Part shown: positions 19,245-28,030 of the stretch, piece after piece
How positions within the stretch are numbered: position 1 is the stretch's first letter
Layout: each line of letters begins with the position of its first letter
Source: a phage
Length of the DNA: 64,000 bases
Assembly (NCBI GenBank): GCA_012646185.1
Contig: GCA_012646185.1_4706.1
Direction: 5' to 3' (one strand)
Program-made: the position numbers and the translations under genes
The notes under the pieces: generated by a model
Told to the model about the DNA's origin: nothing
Database searches by the model: none
Seen by the model: only the letters and a program-made list of their open reading frames with translations

Positions 19245-19607
19245 TTAAAGCGTTCTGAAGAGTTCTGTCGCGTTCTCGTCACGTAAACAGGCTTCGTTCA
19301 ACAATTCAGCTAACAGCTTCGACCGAACTTCAACAAATGTCCTGAGGCGATGCTCCCATTCTAAACGGATGGTGTACGTATTATCCAGGTTTTTGTAATC
19401 AACGACAGATGTAGAACAACGGGCTTCGCGTTTGTTCACGGCACCCCAAACATCACGGATAACCGTCACGCCTTTCTTGGTGCATGTAAACGTTAAAATA
19501 AAGCGATTATTCGCAGCTTCTTCACGGACGCCAACAAATTCACTTCGTAACGATGAGACTTTGATCAGTCGGTCAATAGCTAACGATAAACCGATACGTT
19601 GTTGCAT
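19245..19607 (-). CDS. hypothetical protein (120 aa)
   Basis: ATG with AGAGGGGA SD placed in the end of the upstream gene. Confidence 0.5.
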   Translation of the reverse strand: MQQRIGLSLAIDRLIKVSSLRSEFVGVREEAANNRFILTFTCTKKGVTVIRDVWGAVNKREARCSTSVVDYKNLDNTYTIRLEWEHRLRTFVEVRSKLLAELLNEACLRDENATELFRTL

Positions 19608-19608
19608 A

Positions 19609-20034
19609 TCAAATCCCCTCTTTCAGAATCTCATTAAGACCGTCAGTAATCCAGTCGAACTTCGTCTTAATCATGGCTGGGTTCAATCCATATACTTCCC
19701 ACACAAGCTGGGGTTTATGTGTTCCATCGTCCAAACAAAGCACATCGATTGAGAGTACCATACCACCCGTCAATTTCATGTTCTCGCAACTACGAAGATA
19801 TGCGGATTCTAGCAATACTTTCCCTAACGCAGTGCAAGCAAATGTTAACCGGGAAGAGTACAGGTACGATGACGTTTTACAGTAGGTTGCTGATATCGGT
19901 TGAATATGTTTGCGGAGTTTGGCGTCTTCACGTAAAAGCAATAACGTGTGATGTAACCGCGTATGCTCGGTAACCGATGAGCTATACTCACCGATACACT
20001 CTTCGGCGACTGATTTAGGCCATTTAATTTTCAT
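19609..20034 (-). CDS. hypothetical protein (141 aa)
   Basis: ATG with GAGGAA SD. Confidence 0.5.
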   Translation of the reverse strand: MKIKWPKSVAEECIGEYSSSVTEHTRLHHTLLLLREDAKLRKHIQPISATYCKTSSYLYSSRLTFACTALGKVLLESAYLRSCENMKLTGGMVLSIDVLCLDDGTHKPQLVWEVYGLNPAMIKTKFDWITDGLNEILKEGI

Positions 20035-20049
20035 GTTCGATTCCTCGTA

Positions 20050-20493
20050 TTAACACTGTGTTCCATTCGATAAGCGGGTGGTATCAAAACGATCCAGTTG
20101 GTGTACAATGCTATCAGCAACACGATGCAAATAGTGTATTTTGTCCATTCGTGAAATCGCAGAAATCGTCCAGCAAGCCTCTGACGTCCAATAGGTGCCG
20201 TCTTCACTAAGGCTAACGTTATAAACTAACTTCGTCATCACATTTCTCGCCTTATGCTCAGCAGACCAGAATATGTTTTCTAACACATCCTTCCCCGTTT
20301 GTGAAAACACGAACCCAAGCTTCACGTCGAAGTCGGATGCTTCAAGATTAACGCAGTGAAGATGATTCTCTAACGGCGCAAAAGAGGCTAAACGTTCCAG
20401 CGCATGTTGCAGTGTGGGATGATCGAGCTTTTCGAGATCGTCCACAGGTTGTTCAGGTACAATCGCGATCGATTTACAGAATTTAATTTCCAT
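20050..20493 (-). CDS. hypothetical protein (147 aa)
   Basis: ATG with AAGAGGAA SD; weak N-terminal resemblance to the 19609..20034 product. Confidence 0.5.
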   Translation of the reverse strand: MEIKFCKSIAIVPEQPVDDLEKLDHPTLQHALERLASFAPLENHLHCVNLEASDFDVKLGFVFSQTGKDVLENIFWSAEHKARNVMTKLVYNVSLSEDGTYWTSEACWTISAISRMDKIHYLHRVADSIVHQLDRFDTTRLSNGTQC

Positions 20494-20605
20494 GGTAGGT
20501 TCCTCTTGATAGTGGTTGATGATAGTAACGGGGACGGCGATGTCCCCTTGGTTTCTTATTGCCCCGCCCGAACCCGATGGGGTACAGGCGGGTGATGTTG
20601 ATGCG

Positions 20606-21013
20606 TTATAGCGGCATCAGACGTTCTTTAAGTTGGGTTAACTTATTTGCAACGATGTTCTCAACGTCGATCATCTTGTTCATGTTGTCGAGGGTATCCT
20701 GCCAGATGAAAATATCCACGGAACCGGTTCCGACTAACGCGTTCTCAGGACGATGGTCACGGGTCACGTAGCGTGGTCTCTGCGGGCAGGTTTGTAACTC
20801 GATCCAAAGCGCATCTAACGGACCGTGGTCCGTGACACCTAAGGCGAAGAATTCACCTCGTACGACCAGAACATCATCAGCCGTCCTGACACGGGTTGAT
20901 CCTTCGTACACCAATTCCATCTTTGCTCGACAGGCTGGGTTCTCGTTCCACGCCTGGACGGCATCGGCAAGGGCTATTGACGTTGCGGTGGTGTTCGTTT
21001 GATCATGTTGCAT
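20606..21013 (-). CDS. hypothetical protein (135 aa)
   Basis: ATG with GAGGAG SD. Confidence 0.5.
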   Translation of the reverse strand: MQHDQTNTTATSIALADAVQAWNENPACRAKMELVYEGSTRVRTADDVLVVRGEFFALGVTDHGPLDALWIELQTCPQRPRYVTRDHRPENALVGTGSVDIFIWQDTLDNMNKMIDVENIVANKLTQLKERLMPL

Positions 21014-21050
21014 TCTAAGCTCCTCAATCGTTCTACAACGAACTTTTAAT

Positions 21051-21073
21051 GGAAGGGAATATGTTTCCCTTCC
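21051..21073 (-). terminator. hairpin GGAAGGGAA...TTCCCTTCC (attenuator/terminator candidate)
   Basis: 9-bp stem between two operon genes; no T-tract, so possibly a processing or attenuation site. Confidence 0.35.
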
Positions 21074-21091
21074 TTGGGTTAGGTTATTGCG

Positions 21092-21367
21092 TTACACGGC
21101 TTTACAGCTTGCGTAAACCACAACTGTTCCGTTGTTGATTGCTTCAACCACATCCCGGGTTAACACAACGGCGTTATCGCTTCGAGACGACGGTGCGTAA
21201 TACCCTTCACCGTTCTCGGTAATCAGGCGATAACGGACTAAGCCTATGCTCGGTTCAACACGTAGCACCTTCTCAAGTTTGTATTTGATGATCTTCGTCA
21301 GGCTGACTGTGTCTGACGCGTAGATTGCTTTATAAACCTTGTTCTTTGCTGTCGGTTTCATCAACAT
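21092..21367 (-). CDS. hypothetical protein (91 aa)
   Basis: ATG start; weak SD. Confidence 0.45.
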   Translation of the reverse strand: MLMKPTAKNKVYKAIYASDTVSLTKIIKYKLEKVLRVEPSIGLVRYRLITENGEGYYAPSSRSDNAVVLTRDVVEAINNGTVVVYASCKAV

Positions 21368-21407
21368 GATTTCTGTTGTATTTTCCTTTTCGCTTGTTGG
21401 TGTTGGA

Positions 21408-21707
21408 TTAAGGTTTAGGTTCCGTTTTGTATTGTGCGAGTAATGTGTTGATCTGCTCCCGTTGTTCTTTTAAGTATGCGGGAAGCTGGTCTTCCCGTAC
21501 CGTTCCGATTTCCAACGTGATGTACCAGCGTTGTTCGGAAGCCTGCCATTGAAAACTGCTCTGTAGCCGTAGGATGCTAGGATCACGTACCTTGCTTGCA
21601 CTGTAGTGATCGAACCAATCCAGGTATTCTGCTTTCCCTTCCTCATCGGCAACGTAACGCTGCACGCTGTTCTTCCCTTTGTTTTCGTATCCCGTTGCAC
21701 GTATCAT
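21408..21707 (-). CDS. hypothetical protein (99 aa)
   Basis: ATG overlapping the upstream stop (ATGA) with AGGAGA SD; preferred over the 58-nt-overlapping upstream start. Confidence 0.45.
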   Translation of the reverse strand: MIRATGYENKGKNSVQRYVADEEGKAEYLDWFDHYSASKVRDPSILRLQSSFQWQASEQRWYITLEIGTVREDQLPAYLKEQREQINTLLAQYKTEPKP

Positions 21708-22486
21708 GCGAACGTTTCTCCTGTAATGTGTTGCGGATGGCGTAGCATGGTAGCATCCCATTGTACGATCCGGCTCCGGCTTACCAGCATCATGACGGAT
21801 TCATCGTCAAGCCCTGGCTGCGCAACCGGCAACCAACGTTCGTTAAGCACCTTCGCTTCAACACGTTTCTTGCGGGGATTGTAGCGCACTTCGCTAACCC
21901 AAGCGAATCCAAGTGGATGCACAACCCGTGGATAATACATGCGAAGCAATTGATGCATCCGATCCGTTGCCTCCAGATTGCAATCCACCATGTAAGGTTT
22001 CACCATGGTAAGCTTTTTGGTGTAATACGTTCCAACGGTATGGTTACGCCAACTTGGCAAGGCATGATCCCCTTCTCTCAGTTTGCTATCCGAGTTCATC
22101 GGCCAGACCTGCTGTTTACCGGCCAGCATCGCGTACTGCCGATCAACGCAACGAACCTGATCGGCGAACAATGGATCCAGAACATCATCCACCGCACCCT
22201 TATTGCGATAACCGTGATGTACCACCAACCTGCTTGCGCTCATCGATGCGGGATGCTGGCTCTTATGCGCATACAGCCCACCGTCACCGCGAGGGTCGTA
22301 AAGATAGCCGCATGCGCCACGCCATATCACCTTGCCTACGGTTCTCTCGTTTTCAAGCAGCATCGTCGGCCCATCAAGCAAATTGGTGAACCACTGCACC
22401 TTCACGCATTCCGCTTGGACATGCTCAGGTAATGCCTGATACTCTTTTTGGGTGTATAAGGTATCAAAAATGATTTCATCGTTCAT
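21704..22486 (-). CDS. hypothetical protein (260 aa)
   Basis: ATG with GAGGA SD; first gene downstream of motif copy 2. Confidence 0.55.
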   Translation of the reverse strand: MNDEIIFDTLYTQKEYQALPEHVQAECVKVQWFTNLLDGPTMLLENERTVGKVIWRGACGYLYDPRGDGGLYAHKSQHPASMSASRLVVHHGYRNKGAVDDVLDPLFADQVRCVDRQYAMLAGKQQVWPMNSDSKLREGDHALPSWRNHTVGTYYTKKLTMVKPYMVDCNLEATDRMHQLLRMYYPRVVHPLGFAWVSEVRYNPRKKRVEAKVLNERWLPVAQPGLDDESVMMLVSRSRIVQWDATMLRHPQHITGETFA

Positions 22487-22568
22487 TTAAAAAGTTCCTC
22501 TGTTTTTCACGTTAATTAAACAACGTATTGATTTCTATTTGACGCAATACGAACATTGTACGTATGCA

Positions 22569-22593
22569 TCACTAAGGTAATATAGTCGTGAAA
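22569..22593 (-). promoter_or_regulatory. conserved 25-nt motif copy 2 (plus strand TCACTAAGGTAATATAGTCGTGAAA)
   Basis: ~83 nt upstream (minus orientation) of the 21704..22486 start. Confidence 0.5.
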
Positions 22594-23286
22594 GGATTTG
22601 TGTTACAGAAAGGGTTTTGTTGTGTTTTAAGAAGGGATGGATTTAGAAGAGGTGTTTCATGGAAGGTAAACGAGGATAGGTATTTTGATTTAAGTAAGTA
22701 AGATGTTATCTGTATTCGTTAAAAGTGTATTGTTTATCTTAGGTTATGTCTTATTGTTTAATCGTTTAATATTTTTATCTAAGTAGGTTTAACTCTATCT
22801 TGTTTGTATATTTAAATTAAATCAATAAGCTTATCTTCAAAACAATGGATAACATGTGTTTACTACCTTAACGGTAACACATGTCATCTGTGCATTACAC
22901 TCCGTTATCACTTCGTTACATGCTTATAAGTTGGATAACTCAAAAAAACATTTGTGATACTCTTCTTCACGTTGTTCATCAGAGTATCTCGTCTATACTC
23001 ATTGCATTCGTATACGACATAACCGTTATACGCTAACGCTACGCTTATAGCTTGATAACTCTAAGGATAAAAACATAAACTCGCTTCGCTCGTTTAGTTT
23101 TTCTTTTTCTTAGAGTTATCCTGTTGCTCGTCTCTAAAGGACTTCGCTCCTCCCCCGTCCCCCGAAGGGGCCGGAGTCGTGGAAATTTTACTTTCCAAAT
23201 ACATTTACAACATCTGTAAACTTTTACTCCAGGTACTTAATCTTATCATTAGAAATTATAAAGAGAAGAATAAACACAAACATAAA

Positions 23287-23318
23287 CCTTCCTCCAACCC
23301 AACAGGGAAGGAGGAAGG
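23287..23318. terminator. conserved CT/GA hairpin (minus-strand reading CCTTCCTCCTTCCC-TGTT-GGGTTGGAGGAAGG)
   Basis: Directly downstream of the 23335..24228 stop. Confidence 0.6.
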
Positions 23319-23334
23319 GAGAGCTTGATTTTAA

Positions 23335-24228
23335 TTAATCGGCGGTGTTATAACCGAATACTGCTTTACCGTAGGTGTGAGTACCGTTAGCTAACGACAG
23401 CACCAGCACATGGTTGTACGTAGCGTTAACGCCCTTGTCAGTAGACTCGGTGGTAGCACCGTTATAGACAAAGGTAGCCGTTTGCAGATTGGCTTTCAGC
23501 TCGGTGATGATCTCATCACTGACACCTGTCTGCTCTTTGATCAGCGTAGTCAGGTTACCTGCCAGGCTTGCATCGATATTTACTTCGTTGCCAGTAATAG
23601 CTTGTAAACCTGCGGTGTAAGTACTGAAGTCTAACGGATAGGTTAACAGACGTGCTGACGTTTTGGTACCATCGCCATCATCAACGTAGGTTAAGTTACC
23701 CAGGTTGGTAACCTTGATGATGTTAGCCAGATCCAGCGTGGTGTTATAAACTTTAACTTGAACAGAGCCATACCACGCCAACGAATCTTCTTTGGCTTCC
23801 AGGGTGATCGTCTGGATACCATGCTGGTCGAAGGTAACCGGCGTAGCTAACGTTTCGGCTTTGATGTCTTTATCTTTATCCAGGAACTTCTCACCGGTCG
23901 GCGTGATCATACCGTAGCGTTGAGCTACAAGGTCAACCACATCACCGATGGTGGTGTCAGCAGTAACGTTAACACGTACAGCGATTTTCTGGAACCACTT
24001 AGCCAGATCCAGACGATGGTAGGTAACATCGCGGTTATTGAAGTAAGGTGTACCATCACCAGGGCTAAGCGTTAAAGTTGCTTCTGGAGCAGAAGCGCTT
24101 TTGGATTTAAGAACGTATTTAAGATCACTGTATTGGAAGCTGGCACCAGTGTCGGCGTTGAGCTGATTGATCTCATCAACGATAAGTTGCCAAGGTGTTT
24201 TTAAAGTAAGCGATACTTGAGTTGCCAT
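23335..24228 (-). CDS. virion-type protein, paralog-family member (297 aa)
   Basis: ATG with GAGGT SD; shares Y-x-R-N, YxRLDL and LAWxGSV motifs with the 35294, 37116 and 37978 products; strongly host-optimised codon usage. Confidence 0.6.
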   Translation of the reverse strand: MATQVSLTLKTPWQLIVDEINQLNADTGASFQYSDLKYVLKSKSASAPEATLTLSPGDGTPYFNNRDVTYHRLDLAKWFQKIAVRVNVTADTTIGDVVDLVAQRYGMITPTGEKFLDKDKDIKAETLATPVTFDQHGIQTITLEAKEDSLAWYGSVQVKVYNTTLDLANIIKVTNLGNLTYVDDGDGTKTSARLLTYPLDFSTYTAGLQAITGNEVNIDASLAGNLTTLIKEQTGVSDEIITELKANLQTATFVYNGATTESTDKGVNATYNHVLVLSLANGTHTYGKAVFGYNTAD

Positions 24229-24369
24229 TTTCTACCTCTATGGTTGTTACATCACTCTCAAAAGATGTAACTGTTTACAGAAATTAATATATTTTATATT
24301 AACGTAAATAATATGGAGAACGACTCCGAATCTCCTTTTCGACCATCAAAAATCAGAGGACACATTATC

Positions 24370-24912
24370 ATGGCCTTAGACTTTAACAAAGCAGCGAAAT
24401 CCCTTCTGCTTGATCTTATCAACACCAAAGCAACCCGCCCACTGACTGAAGAAGAACTGCAGTTCGGTACTCCGGGAGCATCTTCCGAACATGAAAAGAA
24501 CACCGTTATTCAGCTGGATGCTGCAGTTGGTGCAGAAAACCTGCAGGGTAGTCAGCAGTTCTACTACGATCGTCTGGCTCTGTCCGAAGTTTTCGCTGAA
24601 GTAACCGGCGATGTTACTTTCGAACTGCCGCACGGTACCGACAGCATCCAGGCTTCTGAACTGGTAAGCAAGCTGGTCACCAAATTCGGCCTGGCTTCCC
24701 TGACCGGTGAAATCAAAGAAGAAACCTTCCAGCTGTCTGCAGGTACTGTTGCTCAGGTAACTCTGAACGCGATCGAGAACGGTCTGGTATATACCGGCAC
24801 TCTGCAGGTTGCCCTGACCTATGCAGCAGCACCGAAAGACCAACTGGCAACCGTTCTGGCGGATAACGTAGCTGATGGCTTCGTGAAACCGACCGTTAGC
24901 GTTGTTGGCTAA
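24370..24912 (+). CDS. abundant small protein (180 aa)
   Basis: ATG at 24370 with GAGGA SD (ATG at 24313 lacks one); very strong codon bias (ctg/ggt/cgt/aac) suggests high expression. Confidence 0.6.
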   Translation: MALDFNKAAKSLLLDLINTKATRPLTEEELQFGTPGASSEHEKNTVIQLDAAVGAENLQGSQQFYYDRLALSEVFAEVTGDVTFELPHGTDSIQASELVSKLVTKFGLASLTGEIKEETFQLSAGTVAQVTLNAIENGLVYTGTLQVALTYAAAPKDQLATVLADNVADGFVKPTVSVVG

Positions 24913-25111
24913 TAAGCACATAGAGCAATAGTATGGGTTTTGTACAGCTCGGCTATTGCTCTTCTACAATTTGGTTGTAACAATCTGCGTGGTTGCACGC
25001 TTATCTTTCTCATTGAGCGCTTCGTATGAAGCGTGGTGTTGAAAGGGTTGTGGATCTCCTCAAGCGGCCAGGGACCCAGACCAACCTGAATAAACACGAA
25101 CACCTGTTAAG

Positions 25112-25143
25112 CCCCTCCTCATCCGTTATTGGGTGAGGAGGGG
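25112..25143. terminator. CT/GA hairpin variant (CCCCTCCTCA...TGAGGAGGGG)
   Basis: 10-bp perfect stem ~200 nt downstream of the 24370..24912 stop, between convergent genes. Confidence 0.55.
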
Positions 25144-25206
25144 TCTTATACGTCTTTATGCGTTCCGTTCGTTCTGGAGCGTTTTAGGACGGTTTACGGC
25201 AGGGTT

Positions 25207-25842
25207 TTATTCAACACTGAAACCGTTCAAACGAATAGCTTCATAACGCTTACGTTCACGTCGTTTACGCGCCTGCCAGCCGTAAATGAACTTCTCGTCT
25301 TTCTCACGACGTTCAGCTAATTCGATGTAATAGGTGCTCTGCATGTCCAGCATCGCGTCGATGAGATAATCCTTACCGGTTGCACCACGCTTAGAGATGT
25401 AAGCATCAAGAGCTGCCAGTGATTTGGGGCCCATTGCACCATCAGCATCAATATCTTTCCAGTAAGTTTGACGGTTATTCATGACGTTCAGATAACGCTG
25501 GAGGTTCTTAACCGCAACCGTTTTACCTGCATTGATACCCAGGTCAAAGAGACGGTCAGCTAAAAACACAGAACGTTTCATGACTTCGTCAAGTTTCATC
25601 TTATCCCAGAAGTGGGTCTTGTAGATAAAGAACGCCATTTCCGTGGTAAGGTTACGCATGTTACCGTCCCAGCCGAATTTCGTTTTCAGCGTGGTTTTGT
25701 ATTGATTGGCAAGCGCTTGCGTCACGCCGTGGTTCGTGATTCCGCCCGAGTCATCTGGATCGTCGACATAACCTGCCTCGATGCTGGTCTTGTCGCGAAT
25801 GATGAATTCGCAGGTGAAATCTTTTTCAGTAATCTTAGCCAT
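25207..25842 (-). CDS. endolysin, GH108-type muramidase with C-terminal peptidoglycan-binding region (211 aa)
   Basis: N-terminal EAGYVDDPDDSGGITNHGVT motif typical of GH108 lysozymes; GAGGAG SD. Confidence 0.8.
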   Translation of the reverse strand: MAKITEKDFTCEFIIRDKTSIEAGYVDDPDDSGGITNHGVTQALANQYKTTLKTKFGWDGNMRNLTTEMAFFIYKTHFWDKMKLDEVMKRSVFLADRLFDLGINAGKTVAVKNLQRYLNVMNNRQTYWKDIDADGAMGPKSLAALDAYISKRGATGKDYLIDAMLDMQSTYYIELAERREKDEKFIYGWQARKRRERKRYEAIRLNGFSVE

Positions 25843-25944
25843 TAGAACTCCTCGTTGGAATAACGATTTAGAGGAACAGGAAGGGTCTAGAACGCGATAA
25901 ACGATTTAATCCAAGCAAACCCCAGACTAAACTTTTCGAAGCGT

Positions 25945-25958
25945 TAGAACGCGTTCTA
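25945..25958. promoter_or_regulatory. 14-bp perfect palindrome TAGAACGCGTTCTA (operator candidate) with a TCTAGAACGCG half-site copy at ~25886
   Basis: Read directly; lies in the 126-bp gap upstream of the endolysin start. Confidence 0.4.
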
Positions 25959-25968
25959 GAGTGCAATA

Positions 25969-28017
25969 TCAAATACCCTTGGTTCCTTTCACGTGATGTG
26001 CGATTTCTTCAACCATTGCACGCAGAGCACGAAGCTGTTGGTCGTGTTCGTACCAACCACCTAACAGAACCCCGCTATACACCATGGTGTCAAGACTTAA
26101 CAGTCCTTTATCTGATACGTTGATCATTTCAGGGAACTGTTCTTGAACACGCTGTGCGATAACACCGATCTTCTCGACATCAGGATCGTAGTTGTGACGG
26201 AAACGGGCAAGCCCGCTGCGCGCCATTTCACGTAAACGTTCACTGAGAGATTCCGGATGATCTTTCAGATAACGGATGTCGTGTTTACTACGCTCATCCG
26301 AGCGAATGTAAGCGTTAGGAACATCGATATTGCTGTTGAAGTACAGCGCACTACCACCGCCTGCAGAGTTCCCCCAATAGAAGCGTGTGATCTCACCGCC
26401 GCCATTTTCCGTGATGATAACATGTTTACCTAAACGCGTACCACCATTACCATCAACGAAGACCAGTTTGTTTCCGCTGTAAGAACCCCAGAACAAGCGT
26501 GTATCGATGATGTGCGTCGCAGCGAGACGGGCGTTACGTGGTGTAGAATACACGGTGTTCACATCTTGCTGTGCATGCGCATCGGAAGCGATACCGTAGT
26601 TCTGTACGTTACCCAATCCTACCTGCGCTTTTGTAACAGCATGTGGGTTGTCTCGACGGTTAGCGTGAGCGTTAACCAGATCACCCGCTAATTTCTGAAT
26701 TGCCCAGTTGGTAGACTGTGGCGTCATGTAACGGTTCGTTGCAGAACCACCTTGCGCTTCAGCTTGGTTAGCGGTTGGATAGTTCTCAACACTTCCTAAC
26801 CCTACTTGTGCTTTAGACACTTGGTGTGGGTTATTCTTGTCAGCGATGTGTGCATTAAGCGGAACTAACGCAAAGGTCTCAATGGACGCTTTGGTTGTGT
26901 TCGGTGCCATTAATCGGTTAGCTGCAACACCGGCACGCGCTTCTTCTTCAGACGCCATTGGGTAGTCTTGCACATTCCCTAACCCAACCTGTGCTTTGGT
27001 CACCCTGTGTGGGTTGTTGTAATCGGCTTTATGCGCATTAAGTGGAATCAATGCGAACTGTTCGATCGCGGCAACGGTACGTAGCGGTGTCATGAAACGG
27101 TTGTTCGCTGTTCCGGCTTTCGCCTCATCATCCGAAGCGGTCGGGAAGTTATCAACGTTCCCAAGGTTAACCTGTGCTTTGGTGACGCTATGCGGGTTAT
27201 CCCGACGGTTAGCATGCGCGTCGACTAGATCGCCCGCCAGTTTAGCAATCGCCCATCCAACCGTTTGTGCGGTCATGTATCGGTCAGGTGCAGTACCGGC
27301 TTCTGCCTCCGCCTTGTTGGCGGTAGGATAGTTCTGTACGTTACCTAGTCCGACTTGGGCTTTTGTTACTTCGTGCGGGTTATCGGTACGGTTAGCATGC
27401 GCGTAATGCAGATCGGTCAGATCTTTATCCGCTGCTTGCATGTCTTTGCGTAGCTGATCGATTGCCGCCCAGAGACGGTTATCGGATGCGGCGTCACCGA
27501 TAAGTATTGCGGCTTTCAGTGAATAGATCGCTAAGCAAAGATGTTCGGTACCGTAGATAGCACTAACGTGGTGGATGTGTGGTTCAGGCGGATAGAGTTC
27601 CGGTTTGTTCTTGATGTCATCCCAGTTGATCGGACGATCGTCAAGTTTGAGTTCTTCGATAGCCTGATATAACGCGTCAATAAGACTTACGTAAACACCA
27701 CCGATGATACGATAGTCGTTAACTAATGTACCCTCGATATCATCGTTGATAATGGCGATGGCTGCACAGATTTCTTTACCCGCGTAAAGCGTTGCATCCT
27801 GATACAAGAAGATGGGTTTATAATCCACGCCTCGTACCAGTGTCTTACCGGTAAGCTTTTCAGTGATGACCAGACTTTCGGTGAAGAACGGTCCGCCATC
27901 GAGGGCGTAACATTTATTCTCGGTTCGTGGAACGGTATGCTCTTCACCAACGATGTGGTTGCTGGCGAGTGTACCGGTCCAGTCCTCGGGGTACTTCAGG
28001 GTAATTGGTGTCGACAT
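25969..28017 (-). CDS. tail fibre protein with phage fibre repeats and C-terminal S74-like intramolecular chaperone (682 aa)
   Basis: Five copies of NPHxVTKAQVGLGNVxNY repeat; C-terminal SDERSK motif resembling the autoproteolytic chaperone domain of endosialidase-type fibres. Confidence 0.85.
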   Translation of the reverse strand: MSTPITLKYPEDWTGTLASNHIVGEEHTVPRTENKCYALDGGPFFTESLVITEKLTGKTLVRGVDYKPIFLYQDATLYAGKEICAAIAIINDDIEGTLVNDYRIIGGVYVSLIDALYQAIEELKLDDRPINWDDIKNKPELYPPEPHIHHVSAIYGTEHLCLAIYSLKAAILIGDAASDNRLWAAIDQLRKDMQAADKDLTDLHYAHANRTDNPHEVTKAQVGLGNVQNYPTANKAEAEAGTAPDRYMTAQTVGWAIAKLAGDLVDAHANRRDNPHSVTKAQVNLGNVDNFPTASDDEAKAGTANNRFMTPLRTVAAIEQFALIPLNAHKADYNNPHRVTKAQVGLGNVQDYPMASEEEARAGVAANRLMAPNTTKASIETFALVPLNAHIADKNNPHQVSKAQVGLGSVENYPTANQAEAQGGSATNRYMTPQSTNWAIQKLAGDLVNAHANRRDNPHAVTKAQVGLGNVQNYGIASDAHAQQDVNTVYSTPRNARLAATHIIDTRLFWGSYSGNKLVFVDGNGGTRLGKHVIITENGGGEITRFYWGNSAGGGSALYFNSNIDVPNAYIRSDERSKHDIRYLKDHPESLSERLREMARSGLARFRHNYDPDVEKIGVIAQRVQEQFPEMINVSDKGLLSLDTMVYSGVLLGGWYEHDQQLRALRAMVEEIAHHVKGTKGI
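26520..27420. repeat. five tandem ~183-bp coding repeats (61-aa fibre repeat)
   Basis: GTGGGTT/GCGGGTT landmarks recur at ~183-bp spacing. Confidence 0.7.
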
Positions 28018-28030
28018 AACCTGGAGGTCC

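Larger units (their letters stand above)
22487..23334. promoter_or_regulatory. 848-bp AT-rich non-coding region with repeated GATAAC/TTATC-type motifs and inverted repeats
   Basis: No ORF with SD; repeated GGATAACTC (two direct, one inverted), ACATGTGTT / AACACATGT inverted repeat, AT-rich core. Confidence 0.6.

Noticed and set aside
21761-22432. 223-aa plus-strand ORF antisense to 21704..22486
   Set aside because: No SD, His/Arg/Pro-rich composition, and it would interrupt an otherwise continuous minus-strand operon.
24376-24921. 181-aa minus-strand ORF antisense to the codon-optimised 180-aa gene
   Set aside because: Same antisense artefact; Cys/Gln/Phe-rich nonsense composition and no SD.
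26520-27420. Possible CRISPR array, given regularly spaced repeats
   Set aside because: The repeat unit is ~183 bp, lies within an uninterrupted reading frame and encodes a known tail-fibre peptide repeat; no short direct repeats with unique spacers exist anywhere in the window.
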